Positions 19,708 to 30,562 are shown, numbered from the stretch's first letter. The stretch: DNA of 64,000 nucleotides from an uncultured Bacteroides sp. (GCA_944320945.1 CALUJK010000072.1:2477-66476); one strand, 5' to 3'. A program made the numbers and translations. The notes: generated from the sequence alone by a model not told the origin.

Positions 19708-19742
19708 ACATTCATAGAAAAGGTTTAGTAAAAATATAGGGG

Positions 19743-20393
19743 TTATTTGCTTTCTTTCTGCATTACAAAGTCAAGAGTAGTAGGATTGAATCCGGGAACA
19801 GCTGTCTGAGCATCTCCTTCGCCCATCAACACTTCTTCTACATAAAGTTGGAACTTCAAGTCAGATGACTCAACGGCATAAGTACCATTTTCTACACTGG
19901 ATACTTTTACTTCGATGTGAAGCGGTTGTGCTTCTTCACCTTCAGTAGCAGATGGAATCGTTACATCCAGTGCCAATGACTGCGGATTCATATCCATCAT
20001 GATGCTGTCAGAAGCAGCGGTAAGAGTGGCTTCGTAACCTACTTTGTAAGGAACATCACCTACAGCCTCTACAATCTGATCAGCCATTGCATCATCATTT
20101 ACGATAGAACGTACAATGTCTTTGATAGGAAATGCTGCGAAATGAACGGTATCATTAGCAACTTCTGCGGAAACATTCAATGTGCCTTCTGTAGCACCTT
20201 CATTTTCGTCAGCGTTAGTAGAAACAGACAAAGCCTGCATAGTACCCGTATAGTTACCATATACAGTTTCCGTAGTAACATTTCCGCCCGGAGGAGTTAC
20301 ATCATCATCGTTGTCACAAGCCGTAAAGGCAAAAACACATCCCAGTACCAGCGAGGGTACGAACCAGCGAGTGGTTTTCATTTCATTCTTCAT
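19743..20393 (-). CDS. Surface lipoprotein (DUF4840-like)
   Basis: Lipobox FTAC followed by acidic DNDDD export-like signal; family call is tentative. Confidence 0.6.
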   Translation of the reverse strand: MKNEMKTTRWFVPSLVLGCVFAFTACDNDDDVTPPGGNVTTETVYGNYTGTMQALSVSTNADENEGATEGTLNVSAEVANDTVHFAAFPIKDIVRSIVNDDAMADQIVEAVGDVPYKVGYEATLTAASDSIMMDMNPQSLALDVTIPSATEGEEAQPLHIEVKVSSVENGTYAVESSDLKFQLYVEEVLMGEGDAQTAVPGFNPTTLDFVMQKESK

Positions 20394-20463
20394 ACTGTTA
20401 AAGTTGAGGTTTTAGTTATTAATTATTTTCAATTACAATATGAAAAATGAGCATATAGCAGAT

Positions 20464-21150
20464 TTACTGCACGTCGTCTATGTTAATTTGTGTTTCAAAA
20501 GTGCGAGTTTCTATCTCGCCATCATAATTATGCAGGCTAAAATGAACGGTAAGTAATTGGTTATCTATACCATTGGCATACTGCCACAAAGGCACGGAAA
20601 GATATGCACGCATGGTATAAGCAGGAACATCATCGACATCATCATGATAAAGAGTGAGGTAAACAGTGGTACTACCGGTTATCTCATCCTTCGCGATACT
20701 GTCTTCTACAAAATGGAACAGATGCCCACCATTTTGAGCTTTAACGCCTAACAGCATATTCAGATAGTTGCGTCCCATCCACATGCTTGTCAGTTCTACG
20801 GGATCGGTCTTTACACCTTCCTGAAACATGGAGGCCGGTTGCGGTAATGGAGAGACAACAGAAGATACAGCCCACAATTTCACCCCTGTCTGACCCTCGT
20901 TCTCCAGCAATTCATAATTACTGATGATACGCAAAGTAGTATCAGGCGATGTACGCACACCAGCACCATCCTCCAATACTGTCAAATAGTCTCCGTCATC
21001 AGTTAATACAGATTGCAACGTCCCGTCGGTACCAGAATGGGCTGTAAGAAACTCCAGTTTGACAGAAGGATATTCATAATCTTCGCCACATGCCACCAAC
21101 AAGAGTAGTGCCAGACAAAGGGGGAATAAGAAAGTTATTATCTTCTTCAT
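20464..21150 (-). CDS. NigD-like lipoprotein
   Basis: Lipobox LVAC; TDDG, TDPVELTSMW...YLNM, LTLYHD motifs. Confidence 0.7.
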   Translation of the reverse strand: MKKIITFLFPLCLALLLLVACGEDYEYPSVKLEFLTAHSGTDGTLQSVLTDDGDYLTVLEDGAGVRTSPDTTLRIISNYELLENEGQTGVKLWAVSSVVSPLPQPASMFQEGVKTDPVELTSMWMGRNYLNMLLGVKAQNGGHLFHFVEDSIAKDEITGSTTVYLTLYHDDVDDVPAYTMRAYLSVPLWQYANGIDNQLLTVHFSLHNYDGEIETRTFETQINIDDVQ

Positions 21151-21157
21151 AATGCAA

Positions 21158-22321
21158 TCATTTCTCCATTGCAGCTAAATAGTTCCTCAACGGATTGGCA
21201 TACATCAGCAATAACTTCCCACGCAAAAAAGCTTCGTCTTTATTCGGCAAGTCTATACGGGATAGCTGTCGTTCCACATAGGTCATGAAACGCTGTTTAT
21301 CTTCTTCTGTATAATGAGAAACAAAGGTTGCCGTACCAGACAACATATCATGGGCGATGTAATTGTTGGGATACAACCGATAATTGGAATGAATTCCCTT
21401 GTCGATAAGTGCCGATATACGGGCAAACAGTTCCTGTCGGGGCAATGAACGATCCATGTGCTGCAATTCGGCATTAATGCAGGGAGCTGTCTGAAAATGA
21501 ACCCGACCTTTATAACCGATAATCCCGGTCTGCATATTCAGCAAGTCATCGGCTGTTGTTTTCTTGTAATCGGCATTATCTCGCTTCAACTGGAACTCTT
21601 TCGCTTTAAGGAAATCACAAGGGTCATATTCATAAGAGATAGAGAGAGGAGCAATATTCATTTCCATCAGGCGATTAATGCTATCTCCTTCACCACCCAT
21701 AGCCAGCATCTTCAATACGCTGTCCTGTGTAAGGTCATCTGCGTCCTTGGCACGTCCCTCACGTTGGGCTATCCAAATGGATTGATGCTTGTCACGAATC
21801 GTATGGTGCATATAGCGAGACATACGTCCTGAAGCTTCCAGCATCTGCCGCATAGTGAGAGTCCGTTGTACAATAAACGATTTGTTTATCCGTACCAATT
21901 TCTTTATCCAAGGATAAATCAGCAGATTGTCACCAATAGCGATTTCTACAGTATCCAAACCCTTCTCCACCAACATAAGCGACAAGAAACCGGAATCCAG
22001 TACAATATCCCGATGATTGGATACATAGGTATAAGGCTGCTGCCATTCCGACAAGGCAGAAATATCTAACGTTACCCCGTCCGTAACCGCATTTATAATC
22101 TTCCACAAAAAAGGATAGCAACACGTTACCTGAAAATCTCTCTTTGTTTTACAGCCGCGTATCTGTTGCGCCAGTGTTTCAAAAGGCACCTCCGGCAATG
22201 CCGCTGTTGCCACTTTCTGAAAAGCCGGGTCGGCAATCAGCTCTTCAAATACTACCGGAAGTTCATCGTCGTAATACGGACGAATCTCGTCAAATTCGCT
22301 TGCATTATTCATGGCCATCAT
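21158..22321 (-). CDS. Glycerophospholipid acyltransferase (PlsC/PlsB-like)
   Basis: SNHRDIVLD (HxxxxD) and WIAQREGRAKD motifs. Confidence 0.88.
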   Translation of the reverse strand: MMAMNNASEFDEIRPYYDDELPVVFEELIADPAFQKVATAALPEVPFETLAQQIRGCKTKRDFQVTCCYPFLWKIINAVTDGVTLDISALSEWQQPYTYVSNHRDIVLDSGFLSLMLVEKGLDTVEIAIGDNLLIYPWIKKLVRINKSFIVQRTLTMRQMLEASGRMSRYMHHTIRDKHQSIWIAQREGRAKDADDLTQDSVLKMLAMGGEGDSINRLMEMNIAPLSISYEYDPCDFLKAKEFQLKRDNADYKKTTADDLLNMQTGIIGYKGRVHFQTAPCINAELQHMDRSLPRQELFARISALIDKGIHSNYRLYPNNYIAHDMLSGTATFVSHYTEEDKQRFMTYVERQLSRIDLPNKDEAFLRGKLLLMYANPLRNYLAAMEK

Positions 22322-22330
22322 TGGTAAGTC

Positions 22331-23305
22331 TCAAAATTTGTTCTCGATAATATCAGTCATCACCTCTTTCATTTCCATGCCGGCGGCACGCACCTGCTGA
22401 GGGATAAAGCTGGTAGCAGTCATACCGGGCGTAGTATTCACCTCCAGCAGGTTGATTTTATCGCCCTCGGTGATGATGTAGTCTACGCGGATGATGCCCT
22501 GCGCTCCTAGTATGTCATAAATGGCAGAAGTAAGTTTCTGCACACGCTCCGTCAGTTCGTCTGAGATGCGGGCAGGAGTAATCTCGTCGGAGTCGCCGCA
22601 ATACTTGGCATTGTAGTCAAAGTATTCATTATGGGATACCACCTCCGTAATAGGAAAAACGACAGACTTATCGCGAGTCTTATAGCATCCGCAGGTGATT
22701 TCCGTGCCATCCATAAAGGCTTCCACCAACACTTCCTGCGCCTCCTCAAAAGCCTTGGCGATAGCAGGCTGTATCTGCTCACGGGTCTTCACTTTGGTTA
22801 CTCCAAAGCTGGAACCGCCCAGACTAGGTTTAATAAAGCAGGGTAAGCCTATCTTCTCGACAACCTCCTCGTCCGTAATACTCTGTCCAGACCGCAGCAA
22901 CAATGAATCGGCAATGCGCACCCCATAGGCATGCAGATACTGATTGCAAGCAAACTTATCATACGTAAGTGAAGCCGCCAGCACACCACAACAAGAATAA
23001 GGGATATGCAGCATGTCAAAGTACCCTTGTAACTTGCCGTCCTCACCCGGTGTACCATGAATGGTGATATAGGCAAAGTCGAACGTCACCTTCTGTCCGT
23101 CCAACCGGAAACTGAAGTCGTTACGATCCACCGGCGCCTTACTGCCGTCAGGCAACTGCACATGCCAGTCCAGCCCGTGCATTTCCACAATATACAATGT
23201 ATACTTCTCTTTGTCGATGAAAGAGTAAATGCCCTGCGCGCTGCGCAAGGAGACTTCAAACTCCGAGGTATCGCCCCCGGCCACGATGGCTATTATACGT
23301 TTCAT
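22331..23305 (-). CDS. ddl: D-alanine--D-alanine ligase
   Basis: GGDTSEFEVSLRSA, HGTPGEDG, GGSSFGV, LEVNTTPGMT. Confidence 0.96.
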   Translation of the reverse strand: MKRIIAIVAGGDTSEFEVSLRSAQGIYSFIDKEKYTLYIVEMHGLDWHVQLPDGSKAPVDRNDFSFRLDGQKVTFDFAYITIHGTPGEDGKLQGYFDMLHIPYSCCGVLAASLTYDKFACNQYLHAYGVRIADSLLLRSGQSITDEEVVEKIGLPCFIKPSLGGSSFGVTKVKTREQIQPAIAKAFEEAQEVLVEAFMDGTEITCGCYKTRDKSVVFPITEVVSHNEYFDYNAKYCGDSDEITPARISDELTERVQKLTSAIYDILGAQGIIRVDYIITEGDKINLLEVNTTPGMTATSFIPQQVRAAGMEMKEVMTDIIENKF

Positions 23306-24378
23306 TCTGTTTCTCTGTTACTAATATAGCCCCGCCACTTCTCTATCAGACGTGTCATGTCTTCCGGCAACTCGGAGGAGAAATACATTTCCTCGCCCGT
23401 CACTGGATGTACGAATCCCAATGTCATGGCATGCAACGCCTGTCGGGGACAGGTGTCGAAGCAATTGTTTACAAACTGTTTGTATTTTGAAAAATGAGTT
23501 CCTTTCAATATCTCGTGCCCGCCGTAGCGTTCGTCATTGAAGAGCACGTGCCCGATGTGTTTCATGTGGACACGTATCTGATGGGTACGTCCCGTCTCCA
23601 GAATACATTCTACCAGCGTGACATAGCCCAGCCGTTCGAGTACCCGATAATGGGTGACGGCATACTTGCCTTCCCCTTCTGGCAAGACAGTCATCTGAAG
23701 ACGGTCTTTAGGATTACGCCCGATATTGCCCACAATGGTGCCTTCGTCCTGTTCCACGATGCCCCACACCAGTGCGCGATAACGCCGTTTCGTCGTTTTA
23801 TTGTAGAATTGCAGCCCCAGATTCGTCTTGGCATCAGCCGTCTTGGCGATGACGAGCAGGCCGGAGGTATCTTTATCAATGCGGTGCACCAACCCCAGAT
23901 GAGGGTCGTTGGCGTCATACCCCTTCGTGTCTTTCAAATGCCAAGCTATGGCGTTGACCAGCGTCCCGTGCCAATTACCATGACCGGGATGCACCACCAG
24001 CCCGGCAGGCTTATCCACCACCATCACATAGTCGTCTTCGTAAACTATGTTCAGCGGAATGTCTTCGGGCACCACTTCGTTATCATAGCGGGGACGGTCC
24101 ATCATCACCGTGATGACGTCCATCGGTTTCACCCGATAGCTGCACTTCACCGGCTTGCCATTGGCCATGACAAAGCCTGCGTCGGCTGCCTTCTGTATCC
24201 GGTTGCGCGAAGCGTTGGTGATGCGGTCAAACAGATACTTGTCCACGCGCACCATCTCCTGTCCCTTGTCCACCACAACCCGGAAGTGCTCATAGAGTTG
24301 CGCCTCATCGCCCACCGGTTCTATGTCATCGAGGTCGTCGTTATCTATCTCTACGATATGGTCAGATAAATCTTCCAT
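23302..24378 (-). CDS. rluD: RluA/RluD-family 23S rRNA pseudouridine synthase
   Basis: S4 domain, KPAGLVVHPG, VHRIDKDTSG, LETGRTHQIRVH. Confidence 0.88.
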   Translation of the reverse strand: MEDLSDHIVEIDNDDLDDIEPVGDEAQLYEHFRVVVDKGQEMVRVDKYLFDRITNASRNRIQKAADAGFVMANGKPVKCSYRVKPMDVITVMMDRPRYDNEVVPEDIPLNIVYEDDYVMVVDKPAGLVVHPGHGNWHGTLVNAIAWHLKDTKGYDANDPHLGLVHRIDKDTSGLLVIAKTADAKTNLGLQFYNKTTKRRYRALVWGIVEQDEGTIVGNIGRNPKDRLQMTVLPEGEGKYAVTHYRVLERLGYVTLVECILETGRTHQIRVHMKHIGHVLFNDERYGGHEILKGTHFSKYKQFVNNCFDTCPRQALHAMTLGFVHPVTGEEMYFSSELPEDMTRLIEKWRGYISNRETE

Positions 24379-24395
24379 GATACAGGTTTGTTTTG

Positions 24396-25058
24396 TCAGA
24401 ACCAAGAGTCATCTATTATAGGCTCTTCCTCCGTTGCGGGCTGTTGCGGCACGATGAGCGAATCGCGCATCATCATCAGCGAATCGTTCAGCAAGTCCAG
24501 ACTGTCTTTGCCGTTACCAGCCACCAGCGTCAGCGTAGCGCCCATAGGAACGCCTTCGCCAAGCGACAACATACGTCCCCGATACTTCACACCATACACC
24601 CAGTCCCTTTCGCCGGGAATATATTCCACCGAGTCAAGTTTGAAACCAGAAGCCAGCATACTGGCCTCTGCCTGACGTAATGAACTGTTGTCCGCTACAT
24701 CGGGAATCGCCTGCAAAGGAATGTTCAATGTATTGATAGTAAGATAGATGGTACGTCCCTCCTTCACCTTCTGTCCGGCAGAGGGATTATAGTCGAGAAT
24801 GCAGCCTGCCGGTTTATCCTTGACGTATGTGGAGTCGGACACGGCAAACGTCAGCCGGCGGTTATCAAACACACGGGCAGCATCGGCCACGGACATACCC
24901 TTGACGTCGGGCACCAATATGGCTTCGCCATGATGCGTATAGATATCAATCCACTTGAGCGTGCCAAACACCGCCAGCACCACTGCCAGCACCATGCCGG
25001 CTATATTGAGCCAAAAGAAACGATTCTTCCGGAAGGAGAAAAACTCTTTGAATGTCAT
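24396..25058 (-). CDS. PASTA-domain protein
   Basis: N-terminal TM, YTHHGE, VPDVKGMSVADA repeat-like domains. Confidence 0.88.
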   Translation of the reverse strand: MTFKEFFSFRKNRFFWLNIAGMVLAVVLAVFGTLKWIDIYTHHGEAILVPDVKGMSVADAARVFDNRRLTFAVSDSTYVKDKPAGCILDYNPSAGQKVKEGRTIYLTINTLNIPLQAIPDVADNSSLRQAEASMLASGFKLDSVEYIPGERDWVYGVKYRGRMLSLGEGVPMGATLTLVAGNGKDSLDLLNDSLMMMRDSLIVPQQPATEEEPIIDDSWF

Positions 25059-25121
25059 ATTTCTATACTTTGGGGACAAAGATACGATAAATCAAGGAAA
25101 TTTACGAAGAAAATCAAAGAA

Positions 25122-26144
25122 TCAATTCATCATCAGACTCATATAAGGATGCCGCCCCGCAAAGAGCCATTCCGCCAACGTGGCGGGGGTAAATTGGCGA
25201 TGACTGCCCAGCAGCGGTTCCGTGCTGAACGTGCATTTGCCACCCGTCATATAATAATAACCGCTGTTGGCGGAAAGCTGTTCATCGGTCAGAGCAATGT
25301 TAATGTCAACCTCAGGGTGTGCCGCAGCATACAGGCGCAGCAACTGATGAACCTTGATAATGCGCATCATACCCAAGGGACGCACCGCCGTACGTGCAGT
25401 CTCATCGACAGGACCTAACACCTGAATAGTAGTTTGCCGTACATGGCGACAGACGCAACGTAGCAGCCATTCCCGCCATACGGGCGCATCAGCCACCACC
25501 TCTCCCACTTGCCACCCTCCATCCTCGTCCGGATAGAGGAAAGCCAATGCCAACACATTGCTCCCACGACGAAGCGTGCCGATGAAACCGCCACCCAACT
25601 GCAAGTCGGCCAGCAAGACGCGGTAATCTTCCTTCGTATGCTGAATGCAACAATCACGCTCGCGCAGCTTCCGGTTCAGATACGCATACTCCTCCGGTCT
25701 ATAGTCGCACGATCGGACAAAGGCAGGGGCATCGGCGGGAAGTGTCCCTCCCGCATCAGTAAACGGTGTGCAGGCCGTGTGGAAAAGCGATGCATAACCA
25801 CTGCGGGCATAGTAATCGAACAGCCACGGCTCGGCCGGTATCAACGTGGAAAGTACCACGCCGCTACGATCCATACGGGCAAAGGCTTGCGACAGCAGCT
25901 CGCGCATCACGCCACGATTGCGATAATCGGGATGGGTACAGGCTCCGGAGACATAGGCGGTGGGAACGACCTCACCGTCACACGTCATGGGATAGGACAA
26001 TAGCTGGAGAGCGGCAATCACCTCATCACCGCTGCTGATGGCAATGTTCACATCATTGCTATAACGCAGGCGAAAATAAAGGTCGATGAATGCTTCACTA
26101 TCATTGAAGCAGAGCTGCCAAAGTTTTCTTACTTGTTCTTTCAT
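25122..26144 (-). CDS. GNAT (Eis-like) acetyltransferase
   Basis: YVSGACTHPDYRNRGVM, LIPAEPWLFDYYARSGY. Confidence 0.88.
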   Translation of the reverse strand: MKEQVRKLWQLCFNDSEAFIDLYFRLRYSNDVNIAISSGDEVIAALQLLSYPMTCDGEVVPTAYVSGACTHPDYRNRGVMRELLSQAFARMDRSGVVLSTLIPAEPWLFDYYARSGYASLFHTACTPFTDAGGTLPADAPAFVRSCDYRPEEYAYLNRKLRERDCCIQHTKEDYRVLLADLQLGGGFIGTLRRGSNVLALAFLYPDEDGGWQVGEVVADAPVWREWLLRCVCRHVRQTTIQVLGPVDETARTAVRPLGMMRIIKVHQLLRLYAAAHPEVDINIALTDEQLSANSGYYYMTGGKCTFSTEPLLGSHRQFTPATLAEWLFAGRHPYMSLMMN

Positions 26145-26207
26145 TGTGAAAAGGATTTAGGTTCTTCTTGTTCGGGGTGCGGACGAAAGGGTTCACAAAA
26201 ACAAGCA

Positions 26208-27122
26208 CTACCACTTGATGGCCTCTACCGGCTCCTCGCGCAGGCAGGCTGTGTATTTCTCCAAGATAATGGCGGGCTGATAGGAAAGTTTTGCCTTACG
26301 GAGTCCCTCAATGCCCAAGTCTTCCTCGCGGTTCAGGTAGATGTATTGCTCGGGTACGTGGTTGGCAAACTCATAGTTTATCATGGCGTAAGCACCATCA
26401 ACGCTCGTATCAGCCTTTTCCACATGCACACCGAAAGTGTCTTGATTGATGGGCATACCGAACGTGAAAGCGACGATGCGACCATCCACGTGCAAGATAC
26501 CTCCCATCAGTCCCAGTTCGTCAAAGTGGCGCAGGGCATATACCAAGGCACGGCGCTCGTTACCGGTACCTTCCTGTTGGTCGCAGTCATTAGCCGCGCA
26601 CCACTTGGCCTCCAGTTCCAGACACTCGTCGATACGGTCAGGAGTGATGGGGGTATACTCGTAGGCGTATGTCTTCTTGAAGCGGTTTACGTGGTTACGC
26701 TTCGCCTGAAACTTCTTGCCTGCCAGCGTGGCAAGGTCAGTACGCAGATACAAGTAATCGGCATAATCGCGGTCGGCCATAAAGTGGAAACGTCCGGGCA
26801 TGAATGCCTCTATCTCAGAACACATGTCGGCACAGATACCCAACAGACAGAACGGTTTTCCCTCGGCATGGGCATCGTCATACAGCGTACGAAGGGCACG
26901 GCGCAGGTCTCCCTGCCCGATGGGCATCATATAGACCAACTGCCCGTCTGCCCAGAACTTCAACAGCAGATAACCGTCTTGCACGGCAAACTTCGTATTA
27001 TACAGGAAACGCCAGCTGCACAGGTTGGAGAACGATAAGTCGCAATTGCGGCGTGGCGTATGCAGCGTGTAACTGGTTATCAACTCACGGTCGCTTATTT
27101 CAATGTCTTTAAAGGTAATCAT
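26208..27122 (-). CDS. DUF2156 / phosphatidylglycerol lysyltransferase C-terminal-domain protein
   Basis: LAGKKFQAKRNHVNRF, VHVEKA, NREEDLGIEGLRKAKLSY. Confidence 0.88.
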   Translation of the reverse strand: MITFKDIEISDRELITSYTLHTPRRNCDLSFSNLCSWRFLYNTKFAVQDGYLLLKFWADGQLVYMMPIGQGDLRRALRTLYDDAHAEGKPFCLLGICADMCSEIEAFMPGRFHFMADRDYADYLYLRTDLATLAGKKFQAKRNHVNRFKKTYAYEYTPITPDRIDECLELEAKWCAANDCDQQEGTGNERRALVYALRHFDELGLMGGILHVDGRIVAFTFGMPINQDTFGVHVEKADTSVDGAYAMINYEFANHVPEQYIYLNREEDLGIEGLRKAKLSYQPAIILEKYTACLREEPVEAIKW

Positions 27123-27162
27123 GTCCGTGTTATATATTTACATTCATAAGAAGTCTCTCCAG

Positions 27163-27855
27163 TCACAGTCCCAGCCAGTGCAGGATGGCAGGTGTCAGCA
27201 AGGCCGTCAGAATGCCGTTCAGCGTCAGGCCGAGACTGGCGAAGGCGCCATACTTACGGCTGACGTCCATCGCTGCTGACGTACCCACGGCGTGTGCCGC
27301 CGTCCCCATGGATAAGCCCTGCGCGATGGGACTGCCAATGTGGGTCAGTTTCATGGCCTTGAATCCCAACATTCCTCCCAGCAGACCGACGCACACCACT
27401 ACCGCTGCCGTCAGCGAGGGAATGCCGCCCAACGACTTCGTCACCTCCATGGCAATGGGAGTAGTGACAGACTTCGGCGCCAGTGAATAGATAATCTCCT
27501 GCGAGGCGCCCATCAGTTTGGCTATCAACACCACACTAACTACGCCGACCACGCATCCCGCCAATTGGGAAAGGAAAATAGGAAGTAACTGTTTCTTTAT
27601 AGTCTCCAATTGCAGATAGAGCGGCACGCCCAGTGCCACCACAGCCGGCTTCAACCAGAACTCTATCAGATGGCCGCCCTCATTATAAGTCTCATAACTG
27701 ATGCCTGCTGTCTTCAGCAGAATGATGAGCAGGGCAATGGTCAGCAAAATGGGATTCAGCAGCATGATGCCGGTCTTCTTTTGCAACAATTTGGCAAAGA
27801 AGAATATCCCGAACGTAACGGCCAGCAAGAAAAATTCATTCTCTAAAAAACTCAT
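27163..27855 (-). CDS. lrgB: LrgB-family protein
   Basis: PAVVALGVPLY, SLAPKSVTTPIAM, GTAAHAVGT. Confidence 0.9.
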   Translation of the reverse strand: MSFLENEFFLLAVTFGIFFFAKLLQKKTGIMLLNPILLTIALLIILLKTAGISYETYNEGGHLIEFWLKPAVVALGVPLYLQLETIKKQLLPIFLSQLAGCVVGVVSVVLIAKLMGASQEIIYSLAPKSVTTPIAMEVTKSLGGIPSLTAAVVVCVGLLGGMLGFKAMKLTHIGSPIAQGLSMGTAAHAVGTSAAMDVSRKYGAFASLGLTLNGILTALLTPAILHWLGL

Positions 27856-28190
27856 TTCCATCGGCGTGCTAATTGATGAACCCACCCTGTGACGACTATC
27901 ACCAGCAGGGTACTAACTAATGTGGCAATGGCAATCGGCCAGAACTGCGCAGCAATAATATCGAAATAGAGCATCAATGCCACGCCTGGAGGAACGAAGA
28001 AAAAACCAAGGTTAGCCACCAAGAAATCGGACATTCCTTGCACCCAGTGCAACTTAATCCATCCCAATTTGAGGAACAACGTGAGCAACAGCATCCCGAT
28101 GATGCTCGACGGCAGTTTCACTCCAGTCAGCCAAACTACCAGCTCACCTAAAGCCAAGCACCCGAAGAGGATGGCACATTGACGAATCAT
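27852..28190 (-). CDS. lrgA: CidA/LrgA-family holin-like protein
   Basis: PSSIIGMLLL, LGFFFVPPGV; ATGA overlap with lrgB. Confidence 0.88.
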   Translation of the reverse strand: MIRQCAILFGCLALGELVVWLTGVKLPSSIIGMLLLTLFLKLGWIKLHWVQGMSDFLVANLGFFFVPPGVALMLYFDIIAAQFWPIAIATLVSTLLVIVVTGWVHQLARRWK

Positions 28191-28297
28191 AATAGAAAAT
28201 AGAATATATGCTTTAAAAACGGGCGCAAAGGTAACGTTTTTCAGCGAAAAACTATATTTCTAGAATCCTCTATTTACGCTATTGGCTATATCTATTT

Positions 28298-28958
28298 TTA
28301 TGATTTCATAATCTCCTTCTCTATCTCCTCCACCGACTCGTTCATAAACCGCTTAACAAGGGTATGATTATTCAGATAATCAATGTCATCGCATAATTCA
28401 TGCAATACGGATAAAAGATGAGAAGACAGCAATACGGTTTTCCCATCTTCCTTTAACGCACGAATCAACACCTTCAGCCGGATGCAACCATACAAATCCA
28501 CCCCATTAAAAGGCTCATCCAAAATATACAGATCATTATCTTGCAAGAGAAGTGCCATCAGAGCCAGTTTCTTTTTCATGCCCGTCGAATAGTCCGATGC
28601 ATACCGATGCATACCGATGCAGAGGAAGATGCAAACTCTCATTAAGGGCTTTCACTTGCGCCTCATCCACCCGCTTCCCTTTAGCACGGAGACAAAATTC
28701 CAGATATTCATATCCGGTTATCAAAGGATAAAAGTAAGTCTCTGCCGGTAAATAGCCAATGGAGAGGCCGGACAAACGACGTATATTCCCCTCATACGGA
28801 GTCAGCCCCATGATACAATTAAATAACGTAGTCTTGCCCGCACCGTTCTCTCCCACCAGACCATATATTTTTCCTGACTCGTAAGTCAATGACAACGCAT
28901 CTAACACCCGAGTTTCTCCGTAGTTTTTCGACAGCTGTTCTATTACTATTACTTCCAT
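28298..28958 (-). pseudogene. ABC ATP-binding protein frameshifted by a 10-bp tandem duplication
   Basis: Walker A GENGAGKT lies in 28536-28958; signature YSTGMKKK and Walker B ILDEP lie in 28298-28642; (CCGATGCATA)x2+CCGATGCA at 28594-28621; span is 661 bp = 651+10. Confidence 0.85.
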
Positions 28959-29881
28959 ATCTGCTTCAACTTATTTTTTACGACCAAAGACAACATTACG
29001 TCCAGTACGATAAAGGGGACAAACAGCAAAGGTACAACACAAGCATATAGAAACAAAGGTATCACTACAATCATCTGATACAGCACTATCCCCCACGTAG
29101 AACGGCAAACGTATCTGAACAAGCCGATATTCCACAAGGCAAGCACACCTCCCATCCATGCAGACAGAACAAATATCACTTCTTTCCAAACTGGAGAAGC
29201 GGCCAAAATCACTGCCATCAACAGCACACCGGTCACAGTCCCGTTCCAAAGAGCGGACAAACATATATATTGTTCCAGTTCCCCATAATTACGGAAATGG
29301 ACCAAATCTTCCAGCCGTGGCACGTAGGCAAATGCCGCAGTCTGTACTACTCCCCACACCAACAGGCTCACTTTGGCTACACGCACATTGCCATGCCACA
29401 CACCCACAACCGCCACTATCAACAGTAAGAAATATACCCACCCATATCGGCGGAACAAACGGAGATACTCCATGCCACCCCTATATAGAAAAGGTAACGG
29501 CACCACCAACGACTTCCGGCGCACCGGTTTCAAACCTGGTATCAGCATACAAGCCAATAAAATAACAACAGCCCCTATCCCATTTCCTTTCCACCCTTCC
29601 AGCAGTAAGAAAGGAAATCCGATAAGCAGATACTCTTTCCGCAAGAAACGTGTCAAATGCCCAACATGTTGCATCAGAAACTGTTTATCCTTCCGCTCAT
29701 TGTGATAGAGCAGCAAACCCATACAGACCACCGCCGGCACTATCCATACGTCATCAACCTTCACCAGCACAGCGCATGCAACGGCAACTAGCAGCAGCAA
29801 AAACAAGCATCGCAACAAACCGATACTTACCAGCAAACGGCCTAACTGCCTACAACGAAGTTTCAGATAATAACCAAACAC
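28949..29881 (-). CDS. Multi-pass membrane protein, probable ABC permease partner
   Basis: About 9-10 hydrophobic segments; overlaps the start of the ABC ATPase gene. Confidence 0.7.
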   Translation of the reverse strand: MFGYYLKLRCRQLGRLLVSIGLLRCLFLLLLVAVACAVLVKVDDVWIVPAVVCMGLLLYHNERKDKQFLMQHVGHLTRFLRKEYLLIGFPFLLLEGWKGNGIGAVVILLACMLIPGLKPVRRKSLVVPLPFLYRGGMEYLRLFRRYGWVYFLLLIVAVVGVWHGNVRVAKVSLLVWGVVQTAAFAYVPRLEDLVHFRNYGELEQYICLSALWNGTVTGVLLMAVILAASPVWKEVIFVLSAWMGGVLALWNIGLFRYVCRSTWGIVLYQMIVVIPLFLYACVVPLLFVPFIVLDVMLSLVVKNKLKQIWK

Positions 29882-29884
29882 ACG

Positions 29885-30499
29885 TTATCGAATAAAATTC
29901 GTACGAATCGGCACCTCTTTCTCCGGCACTGAGACTTGACTTTCCTTCAGACTTTTCAGTATCCATGCCATATTTCTACCCAATGTACGCATGGTCTGTA
30001 ATCCCTCCAAATCCTGCGACACTTCACCGGGAACAGCGCCATAAGCCAAGTTCCAATATTGAGAAGGAACAACGGGCATATTATTAATAGTAAAATACTT
30101 ATTCAAGCGGTCTATGGTAGCCGTAGCCCCACCACGGCGGCACACAGCAACCGCCGCAGCCGGTTTATAGGCCAAACGTTTCGAACCGGAATAAAACACA
30201 CGGTCCAGCAAGGCGCAAAGTGAGCCGTTAGGCCCTGCATAATATACCGGAGAACCAATAACAATACCATCTGCTTCCGACATTTTCTCTAAAACCGTTG
30301 TGTAAACTTCATCGTTGAACACACAGTGTCCCAGTTCCACACACTTGCCGCACGCAATGCAACCCGGTATCGGTTTGACTCCTATATGCAAAATTTCGGT
30401 ATCGATACCTTCCGATTCCAATGTTTTAGCTACTTCCGACAATGCCAAATAGGTATTCCCGCTTTTGCGTGGACTACCGTTCAATAATACCACTTTCAT
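29885..30499 (-). CDS. Flavodoxin-like iron-sulfur flavoprotein / NADPH-dependent FMN reductase
   Basis: NGSPRKSGNT, CIACGKC...C, GSPVYY. Confidence 0.9.
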   Translation of the reverse strand: MKVVLLNGSPRKSGNTYLALSEVAKTLESEGIDTEILHIGVKPIPGCIACGKCVELGHCVFNDEVYTTVLEKMSEADGIVIGSPVYYAGPNGSLCALLDRVFYSGSKRLAYKPAAAVAVCRRGGATATIDRLNKYFTINNMPVVPSQYWNLAYGAVPGEVSQDLEGLQTMRTLGRNMAWILKSLKESQVSVPEKEVPIRTNFIR

Positions 30500-30562
30500 A
30501 CCGTTCTAACTATTGATTTCAATTTCTGAAACTATAAACAAAAAACATGCCACAACCTCCTC

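Noticed and set aside
27163-28190. Holin-like lrgAB as a prophage remnant
   Set aside because: Ordinary chromosomal CidA/LrgB pair in a housekeeping context, with no phage genes nearby.
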